In this document: one piece after another, positions 1 to 5,831 of the stretch
How positions within the stretch are numbered: position 1 is the stretch's first letter
Layout of the letters: every line of letters begins with the position of its first letter
IMG/VR virus record: IMGVR_UViG_3300028498_000027
Coordinates: 1 to 36,703 of that record
Reading direction: 5' to 3' (one strand)
Source of the DNA: a virus
Length of the DNA stretch: 36,703 nt
The notes under the pieces: model-generated
What the model was told of the DNA's origin: nothing
The model's database searches: none
What the model saw: the letters and a program-made list of their open reading frames with translations, nothing else
Made by a program: the position numbers and the translations under genes

Positions 1-55
1 CCACACGCTGCACGTTCTTTTAACTTATCCAACCAATACATCTTAGCAATAGGGT
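1..55. repeat. Terminal direct repeat, copy 1 (identical to 36649..36703); overlap of a circular assembly
   Basis: Bases 1-55 (ccacacgctgcacgttc...ttagcaatagggt) match the last 55 bases of the window base for base. Confidence 0.97.
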
Positions 56-110
56 GGTCTGTGTCTTGGTAACGGTTATATAGCTGATCGACTGTATGAG
101 TGTATTTCAT
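1..110 (-). CDS. Hypothetical 53-aa protein, N-terminal part; the ORF crosses the circular junction
   Basis: ATG at 110 is preceded by GCAGGGACGCT (AGGGA SD, 4-nt spacing). It translates MKYTHTVDQLYNRYQDTDHPIAKMYWLDKLKERAAC... The ORF runs off the left edge and continues in frame at 36648 to a stop at 36597, 162 nt in total once the 55-bp overlap is collapsed. Confidence 0.35.
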   Translation of the reverse strand, partial: MKYTHTVDQLYNRYQDTDHPIAKMYWLDKLKERAAC

Positions 111-135
111 AGCGTCCCTGCTAAATTATAGGCAT

Positions 136-162
136 AAAAAAAACCCCACTCGTGAGAGTAGG
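136..162 (-). terminator. Intrinsic terminator downstream of the acidic two-gene cassette
   Basis: The minus-strand RNA reads CCUACUC-UCAC-GAGUGGG (7-bp stem with one G-U pair) followed by eight U. The mismatch on the plus strand makes it specific to the minus strand. Confidence 0.8.
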
Positions 163-234
163 ACTTGGTATTATTGGTTCGCTTTACGTAATTCTCTTAG
201 CGTATCACCAATGTATATTATTCAGGGTACTTAG

Positions 235-657
235 TCAAGTTATATCGTAATGATTAGCAAGTAGCTGCTTGCATCGCTCACTAAAGCTCATAGTGTCAGC
301 ATCGATAGCATCAAGCAATGATTGCTCTGTTTGCTTTTCTGTATTAAAGACAACCAATTTCTTTTTAGCTTTTTGACGATAATTTGCATCATAACCGGCT
401 TGTAATGACTTGCTTTTCATAGCACTTAGCACATCACTTACGATTGCAGCATCACAACTATGCTCGTCTCTACCATCTATCAAGTTGTCAATCCAGTCCA
501 TATAAGCATCTTGGCTGTCAAATTCTAGCTGAGCATAACCACCTACTGCCTCGCCTTCGCTTTCTGCTACCAAGCATATCGAGCTGTCACTATTCTCGTA
601 CTTAGCAACTGACAGCTCACCAACCTGCATATTAAATAAATATCTTTGAAATTTCAC
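235..657 (-). CDS. Hypothetical acidic protein with a ribbon-helix-helix-like C-terminal domain (candidate DNA-binding regulator)
   Basis: 140-aa ORF with a GTG start at 657, preceded by AAGGGAGAG (5-nt spacing). The N-terminal ~95 aa are rich in Asp/Glu. The C-terminal KKLVVFNTEKQTEQSLLDAIDADTMSFSERCKQLLANHY reads as a beta-strand, helix A, and an S-x-SE-capped helix B, typical of CopG/Arc-type RHH domains. This is pattern recognition only. Confidence 0.6.
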   Translation of the reverse strand: MKFQRYLFNMQVGELSVAKYENSDSSICLVAESEGEAVGGYAQLEFDSQDAYMDWIDNLIDGRDEHSCDAAIVSDVLSAMKSKSLQAGYDANYRQKAKKKLVVFNTEKQTEQSLLDAIDADTMSFSERCKQLLANHYDIT

Positions 658-659
658 AA

Positions 660-1019
660 TTACTCTCCCTTACTTTCAATGAATGACTTAACTTGCTTTA
701 CGTAGTCACTGAGTTTCGGTAGTGACTGGTCACGCTCAGACCACCCTAGATATACACGACTACTGCTTTCTTCCATGCTCTCAGTGTCGTTGTAATCCAT
801 GTCGCAAACCAAGTCATAAAATCTAACAGAGAACTCGTTTACTGCATCTTGGTTTTCATCATTCACAGAATCAGCAAGTGCCAAGCTAATCATTTCTTCA
901 TAATCAAAATCATTGTTTTTAATAGCATCATAAGCAACTAGCGGTATTGATGCGTTTAAAAAATCATCGTTAGATTTAGCGTTGTTTGCTGCGTTTAATA
1001 ACTCGTTTAAGTTTCTCAT
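660..1019 (-). CDS. Hypothetical very acidic small protein (candidate anti-defence / DNA-mimic protein)
   Basis: 119-aa ORF with ATG at 1019 preceded by AAGGAAG. By my count it has about 25 Asp+Glu against about 10 Lys+Arg. I recognise no motif. It is the first gene after a strong promoter. Confidence 0.6.
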   Translation of the reverse strand: MRNLNELLNAANNAKSNDDFLNASIPLVAYDAIKNNDFDYEEMISLALADSVNDENQDAVNEFSVRFYDLVCDMDYNDTESMEESSSRVYLGWSERDQSLPKLSDYVKQVKSFIESKGE

Positions 1020-1064
1020 GACTGACTTCCTTTTTTAATAGTATGTTTGCTTTGTATGTTTCCT

Positions 1065-1092
1065 AGTATATACTATATTAGATAGTCGTCAA
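1065..1092 (-). promoter_or_regulatory. Sigma70-type promoter TTGACG-16 nt-TATACT (candidate late PR'-like or cassette promoter)
   Basis: On the minus strand the -35 TTGACG is at 1092..1087 and the -10 TATACT at 1070..1065, with a 16-nt spacer. The hexamers are identical to the PR candidate at 7764..7792. The -10 lies inside the perfect 12-bp palindrome TAGTATATACTA (1064..1075). Confidence 0.65.
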
Positions 1093-1107
1093 GCACTGAT
1101 TCGAAAT

Positions 1108-1143
1108 TAAATAAAAATAAAGCCCTGCTGTTACACAAGGCTT
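1108..1143 (-). terminator. Intrinsic terminator immediately after the Q gene
   Basis: The minus-strand RNA reads AAGCCUUG-(8-nt loop)-CAGGGCUU (8-bp stem) followed by UAUUUUUAUUU. It starts 5 nt after the Q stop codon. Confidence 0.7.
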
Positions 1144-1148
1144 GCAAT

Positions 1149-1556
1149 CTACGCCATTTCACACTTTAAAGCATATCTCACAAAACCCTCGGCTCGTGCC
1201 AAGTGCTGATAAACAATATGCTTACTCACTTTGCGCTTACTATCTTTGCCGTACTTGATGCGAGTGAAGTGATTGTGTGCTATGTACTCAGGCTTTTGCC
1301 CCAAATAGTAATGCAAAAACACGCTGTTATAAGCATCTACGTCATCGTCTCTTAGCTCAATCAGAACCTCGTTGACTCGCATAGCATCGTCATCATTGAG
1401 CATTGCCACACTGCGATACTGTCTAGCTGTAGTCACATCGACAATCGGCGCTTTGTGCATGATAGATTCTATGTTTGACTTGTAGCTAAGATTGTCTAAT
1501 CCGCTGCGACTCCATGCACCCCATTGCTCTAGTAGCTCTACTATATTGTCAGTCAT
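1149..1556 (-). CDS. Late-gene antitermination protein Q
   Basis: 135 aa. The N-terminal LLEQWGAWSRSG motif is characteristic of the phage antitermination Q family. It is the last gene of the early-right operon and lies directly upstream of a terminator, a promoter and the packaging genes. Confidence 0.8.
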   Translation of the reverse strand: MTDNIVELLEQWGAWSRSGLDNLSYKSNIESIMHKAPIVDVTTARQYRSVAMLNDDDAMRVNEVLIELRDDDVDAYNSVFLHYYLGQKPEYIAHNHFTRIKYGKDSKRKVSKHIVYQHLARAEGFVRYALKCEMA

Positions 1557-1837
1557 TTCTTCACCTCAATTAGTCCAGCATCAACCCAGTGTTGCAACGT
1601 CTCAAAATGCGCTCTCAAAATATCCTTATAAACCGTGTCGCTCTTTACTCGTCCATCTATTGAATCGTGACAGCTTGAACACGCAAAGCAGCTCATATAA
1701 TCGGGCGGCTTAATCCCTGTACCGCAAAACTGGTTATTTCTGATGTGAGCTAAAACCACCGTTTCAGGATTATAATTGCAGCCTGTGAGCCTCAACGTGC
1801 AATTCTGGCCTCTTGCTGATTTGCGTAGCTTACTCAT
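1553..1837 (-). CDS. DUF1364 / YbcO-like Cys-rich protein of the nin region (putative nuclease)
   Basis: 94 aa. It contains RGQNCTLRLTGCNYNPETVVLAHI and CFACSSCHD, matching the DUF1364 pattern of lambdoid nin-region proteins. It has 4-nt overlaps with both neighbours. Confidence 0.7.
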   Translation of the reverse strand: MSKLRKSARGQNCTLRLTGCNYNPETVVLAHIRNNQFCGTGIKPPDYMSCFACSSCHDSIDGRVKSDTVYKDILRAHFETLQHWVDAGLIEVKK

Positions 1838-2300
1838 GATAGATACCGTCCATTGGCTGTGTTAGGCGTAAGTTATGCTTGATAGTGAAGTGATCGTAAA
1901 TAGCTTGCAGATACTCGGCCATTTGCTCTTTATTCATTAACCTGGTCACTGGTAGATCAATCGGCCTTGTCATTAGTGCAACTTTTGTCTCATAGGGCAG
2001 CGGCTCAACATCTGCCATATAGACCGCCTCGTACTCCGCATCAGCCGCGCATAGTATTGGCACACCGAACCACAACTTACATAACGCTCTGTACTGCTCG
2101 TAGGTGTAGTCCTTTTTTTGCTGCGCTACCTCGGTGAGCCATTTGTGCTGTAGGCTGTTCTGTGGCGTGCTACGTTTCACCTTTTCGCCATCTTCTTCCG
2201 TAGCTGTGTAGGGTAATGAGCGCGTCGCTAGATAAGACATATGTTTTAACCTCTCATCGTCGTTACGCACTATTCGGCTGACCTTGGTTGATTTAGTCAT
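1830..2300 (-). CDS. NinB-like recombination protein (tentative)
   Basis: The preferred start is ATG at 2300 (AGGTGG SD, 5-nt spacing, inside an ATGACTAA overlap with the upstream stop). The track start is GTG at 2309. RSTPQNSLQHKWLTEVA and MNKEQMAEYLQAIYDHF resemble lambda NinB RSLDQNRKLWACLGDVS and MRVGEFAELLELIQAFG. Confidence 0.5.
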   Translation of the reverse strand: MTKSTKVSRIVRNDDERLKHMSYLATRSLPYTATEEDGEKVKRSTPQNSLQHKWLTEVAQQKKDYTYEQYRALCKLWFGVPILCAADAEYEAVYMADVEPLPYETKVALMTRPIDLPVTRLMNKEQMAEYLQAIYDHFTIKHNLRLTQPMDGIYHE

Positions 2301-2880
2301 CAGCACCACCTGCCAAATCTATCGAGTCAAGTCTTGCGTACAACTCAGATAACGAACCTCGGTTATCAACAAAGATGTCACCTTCATTGAAATCAAGTTG
2401 CTGCTCTGATATATGGCTACCCTCAATCCCTCCACGCCCTTCCATGTGAATTAAAAACCCATGCTTGCGTATCAATTCCGCTTCATTCTCAAAACGTACA
2501 TCAGGCACGATGACGCATTGACCTGCATTACTTCTAGCGAATACATCAATCCAAAAATTACTACCAATACCATTACGGCCCCACTCAGTGCCAAGTGTTT
2601 GCAGCATATGTCGCGTCGATACACCGTATTGATTACTAGGTAGGTCTTTTGCTTCATCGCTAGTATCAACGTCTATGGCGTTAAGCATGGCTTTCATTGG
2701 GTCTGCAAACGATGCGGTTGACCAGTTGCCGCCCAGCTTATTCAGCAAGTATTTTGCGGTTGTATCCTTACCGCTTCGAGCCTTACCTGCTATACCGATT
2801 AGTCTCATTTTTTTCATAGGTAATTCTCCGAAAGTCTGTAGCGCAATATCATCATCAAACGTGCAATCAACATTACTCAT
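2293..2880 (-). CDS. P-loop kinase, dNMP-kinase-like
   Basis: Walker A motif GIAGKARSGKDT near the N-terminus and a length typical of phage deoxynucleotide monophosphate kinases. The start is uncertain. ATG at 2880 would be translationally coupled to the upstream gene. ATG at 2817 (MKKMRLIGIAG) has a better GGAGA SD. Confidence 0.65.
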   Translation of the reverse strand: MSNVDCTFDDDIALQTFGELPMKKMRLIGIAGKARSGKDTTAKYLLNKLGGNWSTASFADPMKAMLNAIDVDTSDEAKDLPSNQYGVSTRHMLQTLGTEWGRNGIGSNFWIDVFARSNAGQCVIVPDVRFENEAELIRKHGFLIHMEGRGGIEGSHISEQQLDFNEGDIFVDNRGSLSELYARLDSIDLAGGADD

Positions 2881-3049
2881 CGCCCTTACTCCCCTTAGCT
2901 CGCTCAATCAGCTTGTTTTCTTTCTCACTAGCACTTGCATCACTTGCAACTTCAAACGGCTGTACGGCTATCTCATGACCGTTTACGACCACTCTACCCA
3001 GCACCTTGCCGTCTCGGTAACTCATCATTGTTATTTTTGGCTCAATCAT
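2873..3049 (-). CDS. Hypothetical 58-aa protein (below the ORF-track length cut-off)
   Basis: My own translation is MIEPKITMMSYRDGKVLGRVVVNGHEIAVQPFEVASDASASEKENKLIERAKGSKGDE. The ATG overlaps the RusA stop (ATGA) and the stop overlaps the next ATG (ATGAGTAA). It exactly fills an otherwise non-coding gap in a tightly packed operon. Confidence 0.5.
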   Translation of the reverse strand: MIEPKITMMSYRDGKVLGRVVVNGHEIAVQPFEVASDASASEKENKLIERAKGSKGDE

Positions 3050-3432
3050 TGGTTAATTCCTTTTTGGTTACCTTTTAGCTCGTAAAGCTCAACGTCTATT
3101 CGACCGCCTTTGATAATCTCGCCACGCTTAATGTTCAGCTCGTCAATCAGCTCGTCGTCATCAATCACTCTTGCGTGTGTCAGCGCATCCCATAGCGCCT
3201 TTTGGTAATTATCTATGTCAAACTTGCGCTTATCCCTGCCATGTATCGTTACTTGCGCTCTGATGCGTCCTGTGTGCGTCCTGATGCGTCCTAAACTTGC
3301 CACGTATGCAATGACCTCACTTCTAAACTTTCGAGCCTTAGCGGACAAATACTTGCCTTTTGGCTTTACTAGCCAATAACCGTTTACACTTGGCGGCATT
3401 GGCAGTTGAGCTTTGAAAAATGGTTCGGTCAT
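3046..3432 (-). CDS. rusA: RusA-family Holliday junction resolvase
   Basis: 128 aa. It contains LPMPPSVNGYW and FDIDNYQKALWDALTHARVIDDDELI, which match the conserved RusA motifs. Confidence 0.88.
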   Translation of the reverse strand: MTEPFFKAQLPMPPSVNGYWLVKPKGKYLSAKARKFRSEVIAYVASLGRIRTHTGRIRAQVTIHGRDKRKFDIDNYQKALWDALTHARVIDDDELIDELNIKRGEIIKGGRIDVELYELKGNQKGINQ

Positions 3433-3433
3433 G

Positions 3434-3790
3434 CTAAGCCCTCACGACTGCGTACGAGTTAATCAAATCCACTTTCAAATCTTTATCACCTGCTCTCAGC
3501 TCATCGACGAAATCATTACCAAAACCAAATATCACCTTAGACAAATCACCTTGACCGCCCTTGTCTCTAAAAACCATGCTTTGCAATCCGCGCTTGTGTC
3601 CGTCCGTGTCGAATATGTGAAGCGTGACTTGAAACTTGCGGTCTTTTTTCATGATTCGTTTGCGTCTGCTTGCTATCCATTGGCCAGTGAATTGCGCTCT
3701 ATCGGCTGCCTTTTTGTAGTCGTTATCGTGCAAGTAAATCTTGAAATAGCCGTCGAATACTGGTTTAAATGCTATTTGCTTATTCATCAC
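3434..3790 (-). CDS. Hypothetical protein
   Basis: 118-aa ORF tightly packed with its neighbours. No motif recognised. Confidence 0.6.
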   Translation of the reverse strand: MMNKQIAFKPVFDGYFKIYLHDNDYKKAADRAQFTGQWIASRRKRIMKKDRKFQVTLHIFDTDGHKRGLQSMVFRDKGGQGDLSKVIFGFGNDFVDELRAGDKDLKVDLINSYAVVRA

Positions 3791-3981
3791 GGCTCTCCAT
3801 ACTCCGCCAACTCTGCTTCCATCTGCGCCTCAATCTGCACAATGTCCAATCTATCCATCAATGCCGCTTCTTGGTCTTTGCCGTCATACTCAAAAGGCGC
3901 TATCTGCCAATACTTGCCGTCCTCTAAAATCTCGCCTGATAGCTTGCCGTCTTTGATTGTTTGCATTGTTATTTTTCTCAT
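3787..3981 (-). CDS. Hypothetical protein
   Basis: 64-aa ORF with 4-nt overlaps at both ends, consistent with translational coupling. Confidence 0.55.
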   Translation of the reverse strand: MRKITMQTIKDGKLSGEILEDGKYWQIAPFEYDGKDQEAALMDRLDIVQIEAQMEAELAEYGEP

Positions 3982-4835
3982 AAGTACGCTACCTTAGCCA
4001 CTGACTGGCGATAGCTAGCCCAGTCGCACTTGATAATAATTAAGTTTTCTTGCAGCCTATCCCACGCTCTATCGCCTAAATGAGCGACTACCTGTTCAGG
4101 CGTTAAGTTTGTGGTGATAATCGTCGGTTTCTTTTGGTAGCGTTTAGCGATTATCTGAGCAATGCGCCCTCTGTCGTTGGCCGCCATTTCTTCATTGCTT
4201 GCTGTGTCGTTATCACCTAAATCATCAATGATTAGCAGCTCAAAGTTTGCTAAATCCTCTATGAGTTGGTTTTCGTTTTTCTGATAATCACCCCATGTGG
4301 CTTTTGCTTGCTCTGTAATATCGCGTGATGTGATAAGTCTTACGCAGTGAGTGCCTGACATGGTGTAATCAACTTCGCGCTTAACGTCTTGCTGCACAGC
4401 TCTGCGGTAGATATTTTTCGCTAAGGCATTGGCTAACATCGTCTTGCCTGACCCCGTACCGCCGACTAGCATAATGTTTGGTAGCTTTGCATTGCGCCCA
4501 TCTATGCCACGTATGGCAAACTTGTCTCCTATTCCGCTAATCGTTTTAACAATCTTTTCTTGCCTATCCGCTTGTGCGTCATCAAACTGCCAGTCCTCAA
4601 ATCGCTTGCCGTCTGCATTGATACCGCAATTAGCCATAATTGATTTGTATCTAGCGTAAATCTTGTCTAGGTTTTCTTGCTTTGCTTTGACCTTGTTCTC
4701 CGCCTCGCACTGTCTGCAAAATTTTGGTGAACTACCAAAGTAGTAATGGTCTGTTAGTCCGTGTGTATTGCACTCAAACTGGATAACCTGCTTTTCAGGT
4801 ACACCGCCATTATTTAAAATATCTACATAGCTCAT
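3978..4835 (-). CDS. DnaC/IstB-like AAA+ helicase loader (functional analogue of lambda P)
   Basis: Walker A LVGGTGSGKTMLA, Walker B LLIIDDLG, and an N-terminal Cys pair-pair (CNTHG...CRQC). It lies directly downstream of, and overlaps, the O-like initiator gene. Confidence 0.85.
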   Translation of the reverse strand: MSYVDILNNGGVPEKQVIQFECNTHGLTDHYYFGSSPKFCRQCEAENKVKAKQENLDKIYARYKSIMANCGINADGKRFEDWQFDDAQADRQEKIVKTISGIGDKFAIRGIDGRNAKLPNIMLVGGTGSGKTMLANALAKNIYRRAVQQDVKREVDYTMSGTHCVRLITSRDITEQAKATWGDYQKNENQLIEDLANFELLIIDDLGDNDTASNEEMAANDRGRIAQIIAKRYQKKPTIITTNLTPEQVVAHLGDRAWDRLQENLIIIKCDWASYRQSVAKVAYL

Positions 4836-5755
4836 GCGTTATCTCCTAGCATATCTTCGATGGTTGAGTTGGCTGCTACGATGTTCGATTTGTTAGCGCC
4901 TCCCCAGTTGTTGTTTACTGCTAATTTATCCGTACTGCGATCAATGACCTTTGGCGCTGCTGACTGGTTAAACTTACTGACTGCCTCACCGCATCTTTTG
5001 TTGCTGTCGATTGCGTTTTTAATCAGCACTTGGTTTTTCTGTTGATGCCAGTTGCTATTGATGACTGATTGCATTGCCGTACGTATTTCATCTTCGGTAA
5101 ATGTCTTTAACCGTGTTTTAACCGTATCTATCCAAACTGCGTGTTTTACATTTGCGTTTACTCCCTTGCCGTGGTTTTCATTCCAGTAATCAATTAAGCT
5201 ATTTGCCGTCTTAGTTGATGAATCATCTTTTTTAGGTTTATCACTCTCTGTTTCTTTATTACTTTCTTTAATGTTTCTTTCTTTCTTTATAAGTGTGCCC
5301 TTTTTAGTACCTACTCCAGTGTCCTTTTTAGGCACTACCCTAGTGTCCTTTTTAGGTACTAGGTAGGTACTATTATCGGTACTACCTGAAATGGTACTAG
5401 GCTCTATTTCCGTACCTGCTTCGTACTCGATAGCCCATAGTGGACAAGCCTTGTTGATTGAATAAACATTAACCATTCCGCGTTGCTTTCTTACTGTTAT
5501 CAATCCTGAATCCACAGCTTCTTGAACAAACTTATAAGCAGTAGCTTTCTTTTTAATATCTAGTAAGCTCATAAAACGTTCAGTCGGTATCAATGCCTCT
5601 TTGCGACCATTCATACCCTCTGTTAATCGCCATACGTTCAGGATTATCCAACCTGCGTTTGGGCTTACCACTTGACCTACCAATCTATCCGTAAGTATGT
5701 TTGGACATTTATGCCAGTTACCCATTAGCGCACCTTGATTATCAAACCCAGTCAT
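4832..5755 (-). CDS. Replication initiator, lambda O-like
   Basis: The N-terminal NWHKCPNILTDRL...GWIILNVWRLTEGMNGRKEALIP...ATAYKFVQEAVDSGLI resembles the phage replication protein O winged-helix domain. The central linker is encoded by iterated DNA (VPKKDT repeats), as for lambda ori within O. Confidence 0.8.
   Translation of the reverse strand: MTGFDNQGALMGNWHKCPNILTDRLVGQVVSPNAGWIILNVWRLTEGMNGRKEALIPTERFMSLLDIKKKATAYKFVQEAVDSGLITVRKQRGMVNVYSINKACPLWAIEYEAGTEIEPSTISGSTDNSTYLVPKKDTRVVPKKDTGVGTKKGTLIKKERNIKESNKETESDKPKKDDSSTKTANSLIDYWNENHGKGVNANVKHAVWIDTVKTRLKTFTEDEIRTAMQSVINSNWHQQKNQVLIKNAIDSNKRCGEAVSKFNQSAAPKVIDRSTDKLAVNNNWGGANKSNIVAANSTIEDMLGDNA
5292..5400. repeat. Iteron array, putative origin of replication inside the O-like gene
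   Basis: There are three ~19-bp iterons at 5292, 5318 and 5342 (AGTGTGCCCTTTTTAGTAC / AGTGTCCTTTTTAGGCAC / AGTGTCCTTTTTAGGTAC), each with inverted half-sites around T5. The GGTAC half-site then recurs at 5356, 5366, 5379 and 5393. The flank at 5225-5291 is AT- and pyrimidine-rich. Confidence 0.7.
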
Positions 5756-5762
5756 GTATAAT
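5735..5762 (+). promoter_or_regulatory. Antisense promoter TTGATT-16 nt-TATAAT (Po-like)
   Basis: On the plus strand the -35 TTGATT is at 5735..5740 and the consensus -10 TATAAT at 5757..5762. It overlaps the start codon of the minus-strand O-like gene and fires towards a plus-strand terminator about 40 nt away. Confidence 0.55.
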
Positions 5763-5768
5763 TTCCTT

Positions 5769-5831
5769 GTAAGCTCCTAGCTTGCTTTAGTTGTGGAACG
5801 CCTTTCAGTTTGCCCTGATAAGGCGTTTTTT
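5769..5831 (+). ncRNA. Putative ~60-nt antisense RNA (lambda OOP-like), including its intrinsic terminator at 5797..5831
   Basis: The predicted start is about 7 nt after the -10. The terminator has an 8-bp stem AACGCCTT/AAGGCGTT extended by TCAG/CTGA and is followed by T6 on the plus strand only. The RNA would be complementary to the O-gene leader and to the stop-codon region of the upstream gene. Confidence 0.5.

Noticed and set aside
1-55. The 55-bp terminal repeats as attL/attR of an integrated prophage, or as biological direct terminal repeats.
   Set aside because: An ORF reads continuously across the joined ends and no host genes flank them. The putative att region and int lie 16 kb away. 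The P22-like terminase and portal suggest headful packaging rather than fixed short DTRs. An assembly overlap of a circular contig is the simplest reading.
3413-3997. A 194-aa plus-strand ORF spanning three minus-strand genes, and similar cases at 2675-3085, 2461-2643, 4429-4659 and 4860-5045.
   Set aside because: Each crosses several tightly coupled minus-strand genes that have recognisable products (RusA, DnaC-like). The translations are hydrophobic or low-complexity and there is no ribosome-binding site.
5797-5831. Reading this hairpin as a tR1-type terminator for the minus-strand early operon.
   Set aside because: On the minus strand the stem is preceded by an A run and followed by CCACAAC with no U tract. 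The U tract is on the plus strand, where a consensus promoter lies just upstream. It is therefore assigned to an antisense RNA.
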